From Oculina patagonica (Eukaryota): 64,000 nucleotides of DNA. The translations under genes and the position numbers were made by a program. Location: positions 10,230,001-10,294,000 of the forward strand of contig NC_135759.1 in the NCBI RefSeq assembly GCF_052425735.1, given 5' to 3'. Below are positions 9,761 to 22,500 of this stretch, in pieces (within the stretch, counting starts at the first letter, position 1; each line of letters opens with the position of its first letter). The notes below the pieces were generated by a model. The model made no database searches, was not told where the DNA came from, and saw nothing but the letters and a program-made list of their open reading frames with translations.

Positions 9761-12700
9761 GTGCTTGAAGCGGTAACTCCACAGACCCACGTGATCTTTT
9801 TGTGCTCCCCGAACAACCCAACAGGGAATACCCTGGCCACAGATAGCATCATTGCACTTCTTGAACGATTCCATGGAATAGTGGTTGTTGACGAAGCCTA
9901 CGTTGACTTCAGTAGTTCAGCCAGTCTATGTTACCTTCTGGACAGATATCCACGATTGATAATTCTACAGACTTTCTCAAAAGCATTTGGCCTGGCTGGA
10001 GTAAGGTAGGATTATTTTCCGATTGCACAAACAGTATATACTATTTTGTCTGCAAGTTGACGTCTACAAATTTAGCACTGGCGCATACGATGGCTTTTTT
10101 ATTATTTTTTTTTTTGGTTACTACTTTCCTTGAGGTGCAGTTTAAAAGGAATAATTATAAACAAAAAATGCTTATTCATTCTGTTTCAGATTCGGATTTC
10201 CGTAATCTCTTACTAATGGTGCTTCTGCTGGAAAAATTGGATGTAATATAGCCAACACTCAATAATTGCTTAAATTGGAAATTCACTGCTACGATCATTT
10301 ATCACTTTCATATACATCCGCAGTTCATATATGAATCATTTCATATACATTACATCATTCACTCCTCTCTCGGGAAAATATGAACTCACACTTGACCTCG
10401 CTCCCAATGTGTGGCTTCAATAGCTCAGTTGGTAGAGCATCGCACCGGTATCGCGGAGGTCACGGGTTCGTATCCCGTTGAAGCCCTGAATTTTTTTCAG
10501 GCTTCTTTTTCTAATTGATTAAATTGGAAATTCACTGCTACGATCATTTATCACTTTTATATACATCCGCAGTTCATATATGAATCATTTCATATACATT
10601 ACATCACTCTCTCAAGTGTTATGTATCTTTTCAATCGAAACTAAAACTACGGAGAAAACGGAGAAATAAAATCGTAAAAATCTACGATAATTAAGATCAG
10701 TTTTCCAAATAATCGTCACGGTTTTCATTTCCTTTGTTTTAACTTGATGAATTATTGACAAGTTTGAAAATAAGAATTATAAAATTGAAGGCGACGTTCA
10801 CTCAGTAGTGTCAGTAGTCAGGTCCTTTTGTTCCCATGACCCGCGTTTTTTACTAATATTAACATTTTGATGGGAACTGATTACATGCTGATCCTTCGTC
10901 AACGAAGTCCTCATCTGCATATGAGCACAGCCTAAAGAAACAGATGTCTTTTATTGGGCACTCATTCAATTCTTCGCAGGAGAGGCAAGGGAAAAATTCC
11001 ACTAAGTTCTCATGACGTTGAAGTGCCTCTGCTTGTCATACGGTTTCGCTTTTTCTGCGTGCACACAACAATTTCAGACGCCTCTTTCGCAAAATGTTCT
11101 CTCAGGCTAGTCAACACACAAATTCTCTTCTGTTGTCTTAATAATTTCTTATAGTATTAATAAGGAGAATTTGATCAAATATTACATTGTTTTTCCTGCA
11201 GGTTTGGAATGGCGATTGCTCACGAAGATATTATAGCAATATTCAACAAGGTGAAGTTTCCTTACAACGTCAGCAAGCTAACAGCAGCTGTCGCTCACAA
11301 GGCGCTGGATAATGTACACCTCATGGAGGCTAACGTGAAGTGCATTGTTGAACAGAAACAAAGAATTGTCGAGGAACTGAAGAAACTTCCAACAGTGAGA
11401 AAGGTAATGATATTCTGATTTATAAATCCTTATACTACCTAAAGTTAAGAAAAAAAATATAAATTTCATTCTACACAATATTTGAACCACCATATGACAG
11501 TATCGCACAAGAACTTTCATTTAAATAGTTACACATCAAGGTCTCAACCAGAGACGTAGAATTAGAAGTCTAAATTAGAACCACCTTGGACAGCGTAATA
11601 AAAAAGTAACTCATGAATCGAAAGCACTGCTCAATAACTTTCATTTGAATGTTCACACACTCGGGTTTTATCCACAGACTTAAAAGAAGGAGCCACATTG
11701 TACAGCATAATAAACAGTAACTCATAAATGTACAGCTCAAAAGCTTTAATTTGAATGGACACACACTAAGGTTTCTTCCGCAGACTGGAAAGTTATAACC
11801 ACCCTGTACACTGGCGTAATAAACACCACATGAAAGTACTGCTCGATAGTTTTTGTTCTAACGGGAACCTACAAGGGTTTCATCCACTGACTTCAAAGAA
11901 AATTAACTTCTGGGATACAAACAAAATGAGCACAGTTTAATTTACAAATATTTCAAATGTTTGTCCTTGTGTAAAGCGCTTAGCAAAAAAATTGCATTCA
12001 AATTTCGACGGATTTTGTTCTTGTTTCTGGAAATGTTTGTGTTCTTAGGCAAGACACGTTACTCACTCACCGTGCTTCTCTCCACCTCCAGGGCCTGTTC
12101 ATGGGGCAGAATGCATGTACATCATTAAATATTCATTATCAGCGAAGCGGCAAATTTGAATGCTAGAGCGCTCACAATAAGAGAAGAAAGCGTCAAAATT
12201 GGCCCAGTAGCGTTGATTAAACTTGGTTTTCTGGCTTCAAGAAGTAAAAATCTACCAACAAAACAAAAAGAAAGAAAGAATAGGCGCTGAGTTCATTGTT
12301 TAGTTTACCGCCCTTGCATGATCAAATTGATCAAATGAGTATTGTCGCGCATTCATAGCAACCAATGAAAACAGCTATTTCTTAGCGTCTATGAATATTA
12401 ACAAGCGTCATGACAGACCTATACACTTTCTTCAACAGTAAGTAAATGTCCCGAGAACAATAGGCATTCTACGCTATGTGTTGAAAGCACGACTAAACCA
12501 GCCCAGGATTAGCATGAATTTTTATTTCAATTGTGTAACTTTTCAGTGAGGTTTTTCCCTTTTAAATTTTTGTCCTTAAGTTTTGAATTTGACGATTGTC
12601 AAACTTCACAAAGCATAACTTTGACCTGTAAACAGTTTTTATACAAGAAAGCTTTGATTTAGTATTAATCCTGGATTAGCACTGATCAGCTTTCGAACAA

Positions 12701-13164
12701 CCTGAACAAGACAAGTTTTAATGGGTACAGCGAACTGTTGCGGGAACCAAAAAAAAAATGCAGAGCGTAGACTTACCTTGCGATTATCTTCATCCTATCT
12801 AGAGGGTGAAACAAACTTCCTTGACACTTCGTGCAAAATTTAACAGTGTAAAGCACTAGGAACAGTGAGCCATATTAAGCAGCAGATTTTAAATTCAGAT
12901 TTGTTAAATTATTTGGTTCTTCTGTTATCTTAGATTTTCCCGTCTGACAGCAACTACATTCTAGTAAGGATAGACCACGCCCAAGAAATCTACAAGAAAA
13001 TGGCTTCAGAGAAAGGAGTTGTGATTCGTTACCAAGGAGGAAAAATCCGCTGTGAAGATTGTGTCCGAATAACCGTTGGTACACCGGAACAAAATGATAT
13101 TCTCTTAAAAACCCTCAAGAATACTATAGATGAAGTCAGACAGACAAGCAATGGCTCTGTTTAG
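9761..13164 (+). CDS. HIS5: Histidinol-phosphate aminotransferase (HisC/His5, PLP-dependent class I/II aminotransferase), C-terminal 225 aa; exons 9761-10005, 11202-11403, 12934-13164
   Basis: Motifs FLCSPNNPTGN, VVVDEAYVDF, LQTFSKAFGLAGVRFG (PLP lysine), PYNVS, PSDSNYILV and CVRITVGTPEQN. Canonical GT-AG introns with consistent phases (2, 0) and no internal stops. N-terminal exons not found. Confidence 0.9.
10263..10606 (+). mobile_element. tRNA-derived repeat: tRNA-like core (10413-10486) flanked by ~95-bp direct repeats (10263-10357, 10512-10606)
   Basis: Core ggcttcaatagctcagttggtagagc...ggttcgtatcccgttgaagcc has A/B boxes and a GGT anticodon in an imperfect stem. The two flanks are near-identical, period 249 bp. 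Confidence 0.75.
11490..11895. repeat. Degenerate ~110-125-bp tandem repeat (ctttcatttgaatg..cacac...agac...aaccacc.tgtacagc.taataaa), ~4 copies, in a HIS5 intron
   Basis: Motif recurs at ~11513, 11637, 11744 and 11850. Confidence 0.6.
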
Positions 13165-13661
13165 AGCATTCTGACGGCGGCCATATTTGGTGTCCAATAT
13201 GGCCGCCATGACGTCATATGACACTTTTGAACCTTACGTTGGGTAGAATTCCTTTCTCGCGTAAAATTTATTTAAATGCGTGCTAATACGGCTCTTTTAT
13301 TTAAGATGGTTTAAAATTGTCTCTGCAGTAGACCGAAGATGTCTGTAAACTGATACAAAATAGCTACGAGCAGTATCAATGCGATTTAGCATATTTTTTG
13401 TTGGTAATGGTGAAATTCTGTCAGCATTTACAAGCTAAAAGCAAGACTTACGTGGTATAAAAAAATGTAATGGTGTTATGCTTGTAGATTATTATATTTA
13501 GACTAACGGTTTAATTTATGAAAATGTAAAAAAAAAAGCTCAAGATAGAGGTAAAAGTAATTTTATTTATACGCGCAGGAGCCCATCAACTGGAGCCTTC
13601 ATCTCCCATACTAACCCTTGGAGTCAACCCTTTCCCGTATTAATTTATTTTTGTGTGGACT

Positions 13662-13982
13662 TTAAAGTCTACACATTGTTGTCATGCAGTTTTTTCCGAT
13701 TGGGGGGTCACTTTCCGTGATAACTCGGGTTAGTTCTTTCGGAAGTTTTCGACAGTGATCGGAGAATCCGAAGTTTCGGTGAGATGGGCAGCCAAGGCAG
13801 TAAACCCAGAAATTCGATCAGTGTCGAGTAAGTCGCACTTTATTCTTGAATCTAGAAGCCTTTTTGACACAGCTTTCGAAGAACGTGTGGTGGCTGGAAA
13901 ATATACATCAAGGAACAACTTCAAAGGCAGCGGTGGCGTAGATGAAAAGTGAAATAACAATCACGACGGCTGAAATCTTCAT
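13662..13982 (-). other. 106-codon secreted Cys-rich ORF with two in-frame TGA codons (pseudogene or recoded gene)
   Basis: MKISAVVIVISLFIYATAA-FEVVP*CIFSSHHTFFESCVKKASRFKNKVRLTRH*SNFWVYCLGCPSHRNFGFSDHCRKLPKELTRVITESDPPIGKNCMTTMCRL-TAA. Classic signal peptide, 7 Cys, no frameshift; AATAAA on the minus strand at 13644-13649 and 13562-13567. Confidence 0.6.
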
Positions 13983-15964
13983 ATCTAATGAGCTGAACAA
14001 CTGCGGTCATAGGTCACGTTTCTTGTTTTTCACACTTTTGACTCACTTTCCACAGTTTTTGTTTCTCTGTGCGGCTTGAGCATTTTTGATTCGCATATTA
14101 AAACGAATCAAATGTCTGGTTATTTATTTATTTCAGCTTTGCCAAACACAATGAATGCACAACGAGTTGTATCAAAACAAGTTCGCTGATCATGTTGTTT
14201 TACTAGTCTTGGACTCCGGGATATAATTCACCAGCTCCATTTCTCTCAAGTAGTATATTTAACAAAAGACCGATGTCGAATTCAGAACTGAACTAAAACA
14301 TTGTCATGAAAAGAATAAAAATAACATCGAACCGTAGAATATGCATATATCCAAACCGTGCGACAAAATAATTGAATTATCGGTTCAAATAACGTCCATC
14401 GCCGCCTCTCAAAACACCGACTTCAAGTGAATATTTCGTAAACAGAAAAATATATTTCTCCGCCTTTCTACGCAAGCTACTAAGAAATTATTTGTGAAAG
14501 CTTATTGAAAAGTTCTTATTCCAAAAAGGTTAAAAAAGAACTCATTGAAAGAAAATAAGTTTTTTGATGAGTTGTTTACACAAGCTTACACAAAAAGTAA
14601 GGGTTGTGTAAACAAGCGATGCGAGACAGTTCACGTGCTCCACGCAACATTTCTTTTTTTAATGAAAATAGTATCCTATCTTGCTAGCGGTAAGGAAAGG
14701 CTTTTGGTCTAATAACTGCTGTTCTTGTAGGATTCTAGGTTTTTATTTGCATGAAAAAAGGCATTTGTCGTGAACGACGTGACAAAAGGGTCACACCACG
14801 CTCCTTCACATTGCGTGACATCCCAAGCGGCAATGGTAACGTTTGTTTCTTGAAGCGTAGTACATAAGACAAGTAATAGTACACTTTGTTCTTCCAACAG
14901 TCTTGTAAATAATAAATTGATTGACAAGTTCTTTGTTTTTTCGCCTTGTATCTCGAATTACTCGATTCAAAACTTGAAGTTGTTGACTGCTACAGTAACT
15001 CATTGATTAATTCATAATCTCAACTTTTATTGAAATGAAAGTCCACACATGTTCGCATAGCGGACTCACTTTTACTGTTATTAGAACTTATCTCCCGGGG
15101 TCTCTCGCGGGAGATTTCGCATCTCTGTCAATCATTTGTTGCATTCCGCTGTGGCTACGCAAGCTGTGATATGTAAAACAATGGCGAAATAAATACCTCT
15201 TATTAATCGAGTTCGAGGTCCGTACTGTAAAATACGGACCGAGTTTTTTCCCGTCTGTTTATGGCCCAAGCGCGAAGCGCGCGGGCCGTAAATCTCTCAC
15301 TCTGAACATTTGAGCTGAGGAAAACTCTCTTCTAACCCTTGCCGTTCTCTCTCGGTGATACTTCGTCCACGTGTGGCAACCTATTTTAAACTTAGGCTTG
15401 GCAGCAGAGACCAGATTGCAAGTAAGCAGAAGTCATATTACAAGTAAAACTGAGTCACGACACCTGTTTTACTAACTCCATTTTATTGCATAATATCTGT
15501 AAGTCATATGTACACAATAGCATACAAGCTTTTGTTTTTTACACACTCAATGTACGGCTATTTAACAAACGGGCCTATTGCTACTGAAAGGTAACTTGTT
15601 TGAAAAGTACTATATCAAAAATAACAGAATTCCCGTTTGTCACAAAAGACAGATTAAAAGAATTATTTTCTTTTTAAGTTGTATCGATGCCACCCCATTA
15701 AAAGAAACAGTCATTCTGGTTCGACTGTAGACTATTACCATCATAAAGTAAACCCAAATGTTGAAATCTAACGACTAAAACTTAACATTTTCCACTATTG
15801 GTTGATAAATAAACCACACGTTTTCAAACTTCCTGCCGACTCAGAACATCATTTTCTTTAGGAAGTGGATAATCTTGTGATCCATTTTTTGAAACAAACT
15901 TGAGTTAAATTAGCTGAAACAAAAACCAAATCACGCATTTTTTCGGTCAACCCACATTTATTTA

Positions 15965-16137
15965 AGTCTCTTTCGCTGCTGTTACATGACGTATCAAATA
16001 ACGCACTTGAAGGATTTTCGTGCGCTTGAGTGGAACACGGTCGGCTGAAAGAAACGGGCGGACTGACGCCTTGCCCACAAAAGCGCGGGAAAACCTCTAG
16101 TTCCCAGGGCAGCCTAAGAACGGCCGCGAAAGAGACT
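15965..16137. mobile_element. MITE remnant downstream of the Kazal gene stop codon
   Basis: Inverted termini agtctctttcgc / gcgaaagagact. Confidence 0.55.
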
Positions 16138-16543
16138 GTACTAATTTCTAATATATATAAAAAATGAAATCAACTCCTACTACCACGCTGCTTATTACAA
16201 AGTTCAAAGAACAATCCATTCTGTTCATAATTGTTCATTGCCTCAATTCGAATTATATAGGCTGGAACGACCGTAAAGAATCTCCTCCGACCACAGTGCT
16301 TTGCGTGACCATGAACTACAAGACCACCATTTTCGGGTTAACTGAAAATCAGAATGCAAGTACAGCGCTGTAGCTTTTATTATCATTTGAAATATTAATA
16401 GCTCTGGGTTCAACGAGCAGCACTTCTACGCTTCTACACATCATCGTGTTTGAACTGCTGTGTAATTGAAAGACGCACACAGAGCACTGTGTTTGAAGGA
16501 GATTATTTTAAATGAGTTCAACTTGTGGCCATTTTTACTTCTT

Positions 16544-19500
16544 TTAATCCTGCCTGTCCTTCTTTCCCTTGCGATCAAACCTGCCTTTTCTGCTCTTCTT
16601 TCCTTTGCTTCCTTTCCTTTCTTTTTTCCCTTTCTTTCCATTCTTTCGTTTCTTACACTCGTCTCTGTATTTAAGCTTAATTGGCCTGTGCTTGTTTCTC
16701 CTGGCGTGACACATGGCGACCCGCAAGCGGCATATGTTCGGGTACGTTTTCCCGTCCGACCCGCACACGGGTTTGTCCACCACTTTGCAGTCCTCCCACC
16801 TAGGGCAAGGTTTTGGCGTGGAGGGTACACCACACGGTCCGTTATATTGCAAGCGAAGTGAGCCCCTATCTTTCTTGGGCAGTGCGCACTTTGCAGCGGC
16901 AAGATGGCAGCCGTTTGTGTATGTCTTATTATCCGAGCCGCATACGGGTCGATCGTTTGGTGGACAGGTCTTTGGACAAGGTTTGAAAGACTTCTTGGAG
17001 GTCTTGCTTCCACATGCACCTAAAGGAAATCGCATAAAAAATGTAAAGAATTAATCACTTATCCAAACCCTTAAAAGCTTATACAATAACAAAAGCTAAA
17101 GTGGTGTGCTACTTTTTTTTACAGAATTCTTGACTGCCTTGAAAGACTGACTCTTCATAAGCCAAGGCCCTCGAGATCACCGCATTTTTTGCGAGAATCA
17201 AGCTTATAAATTCACTACTAGGAAGTAAGAAAGGGCATACACGAGATATAGTTAGGACGCATTTCCTGTCAAACGGAGATAATCTTAAAGGGGCATTCTC
17301 ACGGATTTTACCATATTTTTGAACAGCAAAAATTTATATTTGTGTCGCAGGAAACCTAACAATAATAGTCCATTTTTATTGAAAATTGCTATATCAGAGC
17401 ACTAAAACTGTTAACAAGCGTCTTTAGACTTCAAAACAGTCGTTTTTTCTCTTAAGTCGTTGGAAAAAGCGCCAATCGAATGCGTTTTTTCTTCTCTTAA
17501 GTCGTTGGAAAAAGCGCTACTCGAAGACGCGAAGCGCCGATCGTTTTCGCGTCTCTCCTCAGTCTCACTCACAGTTTTTGATTTTTTCCAGTCCTCTCGC
17601 TCTCGTTCGAAGACCGAGCGCGTTCGCAAAAGATACGACTGTTTTGCAGTCTAAAGCGTCTTTGGCTGCGGATGGCTCAGATGGAAACGGATTGCAACTT
17701 GAAAAAGTTAGGCTAACGTTTAAGTTGTTTCCGGCGGCATCAAAAAATCGATATCTAGGCCATAGGTTGACTTTCCATCCGCAAATTAAGGTTATATCTT
17801 CCTTTAAATGCTAACAGATTATGTTTTTTGGAGATTTAAGTTGTCCATCACCAAAGACAAAACAGTTTAATCCACACATTTCCGGGACATAGCTCCTTTA
17901 ACAAAGCCGCGACAGATAGTTGAAAACAAAAACTTTCGATGAACAACTTTTGTTAGCGTGCTTGTTTGAGAATCCCAGAGCCTTCGAAAAATTATTTTGG
18001 CAAACATTGGTCTTGACCCGGAAATAGTGGTGTACTAGGTTCTTCTCGAACTATTTCTGTTTGTGTTGATGCTAAAAAGTATTTTATTACGCAAACTTTG
18101 CATTAGATTTTATTTTTCGACACCACAATGTTTGCTTGTTAAGCAGATGTGCAATAAGCATGTATGGAATACCAGAATTAATCGTGCGAGGCCATACGGT
18201 AGATATTAATAATAATATCAAATTTATCTGCCCTCAGTAACATATAAACAAAATATTCTCACGTAGCAACCCTATAACTCAGTTTCAGAGTGGATGGTAC
18301 ATTTGTATAAAATGAATTTTTAAAAGAACCTACCGATAGGTTCGAAAGCCGCTTGGGCTTAAGCCAACATCACGCATGCGAAGTTTACACTTAGTACGCA
18401 TAAGTCAACCACGTACCATAAACGACTGCCAGTCAGGTCACCTTTTTTAACGGTTTGGATAAGCTTGTGCTGAATTCAGTTATGCAAATTAATTTGGCAG
18501 TGAAATTAACTGCTGCACAAGTATAAATTACTAAAATGTAAAACTAATCTTTCTTTGAGATGGGAGGTGGGGGGGGGGGGGGGGGGGTGAATCGCCACAA
18601 TACACTACGCTTGCAATTCCCCCTCCCAAAAATTCCCTTGAGGCTGTGTAGAAAATAGAGCACTCGGAAAACCTATTAATGAGATTTAATGAGATAGATC
18701 GTTAAATTGATGATTATTACATTCATTTGTGATCTTATTGAAGGTTCGCGAGACCCACTCACGATCACGTAGCCACGAGTAACGGATCACGCAATAACAT
18801 TCCGTGTGGACTGAAGTACAACGATTTCTTTTTAATGCAGGCCAGTAATGTAATCCTTCAATACAAAGTTTTGATAAAAAATTTCACTTGATAGAATTTC
18901 TGAGTTGTTCAAACGTTTTCACGGGCAAGTTACCACTTGATGGAAAAATGTCGGATAGCGTGTCGTCTAGAAGTTTTGATATCTCGGAATCACAGGAAGG
19001 AATAATAAAACTGAATTTTCAGTCGTTGAACTGTCGTTTATCTTTTATCGCATTAGGTCTCTTATATACTATCACTATAATTGCTCATCAAAGTTCAGTC
19101 GACACTGAAAAACTTAAGAGGAAACAGACAAGAGGCAAAAGTCAGGCGAGCAAAGATAGAAGGTTGGCGAAGCTATTGATTGAGACTTGGTCAAAAGTTA
19201 ACGAAGAGAGTTTCTTAACAGGGTCTGTCTCTAAAATTTTACCACTGAATAAAAAAAAATATCGACAGAAACTTTTTAACCCAAACCAAAACTTGACAAC
19301 GTGATTAACATACATTTGTATTATCAAAATTTTCCCATCCTCGCCATCTTAAGTCATCCTCCTTTTCTAATGGGCTTCTATCCTTTTTCGGGTCCTGTTC
19401 TTCAAAATCATAAGTTTATTATTGGCTTTCTTATGACACCTTTAACGTCTTACTTGTTGCTGCAAGATAGGGAGATGTGGAGTGCGATGTTGCTAAAAAT

Positions 19501-22500
19501 ATTAATTACCAAAACAGACGACCTGAACCACAAGAACGTCCAAACCCGATCAGTGCGTTTAACCTTCGGCACGACGCGAACGTGGGTGGAAGATTCAAAT
19601 CATGTTTCACGGTTTAATAGCACCTTCCGTTCATAGTTAATCAAGCTATTTTGGTCCAAACTTAACTGAATTTTGAAAGACATTTTATAGATAAAAAGAC
19701 CTTCTAAACATGCTGACTTCGATCAATGGAGTATTCCACATGTCAATGATACCAGGCGCGTCGAAAGCGCGGGAAAACGTGCTAGGCCAACATCTCCTGA
19801 CTGGTTTAAAAAACCAGTGTGTTTGCTCTGATTGGCTGCAAGACTTTGCACTGTATCCGAAAACTGCCCTTAAACAAAGTTGTTTCTTCATTCACGAGTT
19901 TCCTAGAGCCGATAAATGATTTTGTCAGTCAAACAGTATTAGACTGTGCTAAAACAGCAGGGAAGTTGTCTGCGAGTGTTTGCAAGTGAAAGCCGGGTCA
20001 CAATTAATTAAAACCACAGACTTTTATAGTTTGCACTAGTTTCTGTTGCTAATTGCTTCTACCTTCATAAAATTAGTTAGAACTAGAAAACACGAGTTCT
20101 TAATTCGCATATTCTAACGATTTAAGACAATAGCCTTGTCGGTGTCATGACTTGCGCAAATTTCTGAGAATGGCAATAAAGTGTCTTTCTTGTCTTTTTC
20201 CCATCTAAAAACGTCCTGAGTATACTCATTTGAATGTCATTTGAATGGAAGGGCTCCCTAAATGTAGTAATGTACTTTGCCTTCCAAGCCGTTTTATATT
20301 GCAATTATATTCCTAAAAAGTCAAAAAAGGCATTTGATAGTTCAAGAACACGAAATTGCCATAGACATGAAGTCTTTCGCTTTATTACTCATCTTACCTT
20401 AAATATTTGCCTTTCGTATTTTCCTATTAAATATTATAGGTCTTGAGAATTAAGAGCTACTTAAAAAAATTGTCTCAGTTGTAAAGAAAGTTGTTTTAAC
20501 AACTGAGATGAGGCGTACTTCAGTTAAAATAAGTTACGAGGAGGGTGGAGGTGAGGTGATGATTACTAGGAAAAGTGCGTGATGTACCCTAGGCATGGTA
20601 ACTTCACGAAGGACCCTACACCTGAAGGTATTTAGCATTTCCGGAGAAAATTTTTCCCTTTTCCTTATTTGGCATATATAATTTTTACTATTTTTACGAG
20701 TTAATTCTTAACAGACTACACGCTTTCGAGATTAGTAGATGAGGCGCACGGGACGCTAAGCAGTTAACTTTCTTCGGCTGCAGTTCTCTTATCGGATTTC
20801 ACCAATTGTTAGAGTGTATTTTCGTAAAGCCAAGATAAATAACTCTCCCGCATTGAGTAAACAGGGTTTGGATATAGATCGCATTTAATTTGGTGGTAAT
20901 AGTGCACCGTTTCCGAAATTCAAACATTCCGATAAGCTAAACTTGGCTCGCTTCTTCCAAACAAAAAAACCTTATCATGACACATGTTTCTTAAGTTACA
21001 TAACTCGAGGTTTTGGCTGTGTTTGATTGTTTGTTTTTGCGGGCGTTTTACCCTCTTCAGACCAACCAACAGACAAAGGCGGCTCTAATCAAGCGAAGAA
21101 AGTTTGAAGCAACATTAAATAACCTTTTAAAAATTCTGACCTTTGCATATGGTCGGCATTGTCTAAAAAGTTATCAGTTAAATTCACCGTTTAAATGCTA
21201 GATAAATTTGTATAAACTATTGGATGGCTTAACTATTGACAGACCGAACTTCATTCATCTTAGTCAAAAGAAAAAGATTAGAACTTCTACAAGGTTATCG
21301 CAACTAGCGAATACATTTCGCAATAAAAAAAAAGCCTTAAGTCTGACAAGATATATGTTTTCAAACTTCGCTTTTTGTAGAATTGTTACTGGTTGATTTC
21401 TTAGCTTACCTCTCTTCTTGATCGTCAACTTCTTGTTTTGCTCTTTTGCTTGACATTTTGCAACGACAAATAGACAAGTGTTCCTGTAAGTTTTCTTATC
21501 ACTGGCACATATTGGGTCTTCTCGGTTGTCGCATTGTCTTGCAACGGGGCAATTTTCTGGCTTCTTCGTCTTCGGGTTTCCGCACTCTCCCTTGTGCAGT
21601 ACAGTTAAATTGGCATTGTTTTGTTTCGCCTGACACCTTGCAACGCGAAAGAAGCAAAACGACGGGTAGGTTTTGTTGTCGCTTCCACACACAGCGTGTT
21701 TCAAAAGTTTACCAACTTGAACGCAATCAGCTAACCCTGCAGAACACTTTGCTTTCTCTTTGATACTTTTCGCTGTTTCGTTCCGACACGGCCCTTGAGC
21801 TTCTATCTTTAAAACACGACCAGTTTTATTCGCCTCGCACTTGGCATTGTTGAAGAGGCACACGTTATTGTAGGTTTTTCCATCGCTCGCACACACGGGC
21901 TTGAGTTTTCTGTTACAAGGTCTGGTGCAAGTTTTGCCCTTACTCTTCGTTCTCCCTTTCTTCGCTTCGGTAACTGCAACGTGCAAAAAGTACGTTTTAT
22001 GATTTTTAAAAAATTTAATCCCACACAAAAACAAACTCATAAAATAGAAAACGGCAAACAAAGTTCACAACCTTTGATAGAAAAAAAAAATCATTTCGTT
22101 TTCTCAGATTTTCAGGATTAAAGTGGCATACTCAATGACTATTCATTATGTCTAGTCGATTATCCGTGAGAATTCATTTTCCAACCCCTTTTTTTAATAT
22201 TCTGATTTTTAATATCCATTTTGCGCTTAGTCAATATTCGTGGTGGTAACAATTAAAGATACATGTATCCTTCAGAGTGCTCCAAGAACCTTCCAAAACC
22301 CTATCATTTAAATGATCCTTCCGTTTTCATTTAGCCTTTTTAGTAATGAACATTTTGTTTTAATTTTCCTTTCCACTGATCTTCAAAAACTACATTTTTT
22401 TCTGAATTAGATGTTTTAGACATTTTGCTGATTCAAAGATAAATTCACCCATTCCATTTATAGCCAAAACAGAGTCAAGAATCTCCGAACGTGTAATCTC

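Noticed and set aside
10413-10486. Functional tRNA-Thr gene
   Set aside because: Mismatched anticodon stem, an extra base after the acceptor stem, an altered T-loop and embedding in a direct-repeat element indicate a tRNA-derived repeat.
13730-13960. Track ORFs 13730-13960 (-) and 13755-13952 (+)
   Set aside because: Alternative frames of the signal-peptide ORF at 13662-13982, with no features of their own.
16441-17054. Overlapping 192-, 131- and 113-aa ORFs
   Set aside because: Shadow frames of the Kazal terminal exon.
18565-18588. Poly-G tract as a G-quadruplex element
   Set aside because: A simple homopolymer run in an intron, with similar runs elsewhere (5866-5890, 8152-8162); no further support.
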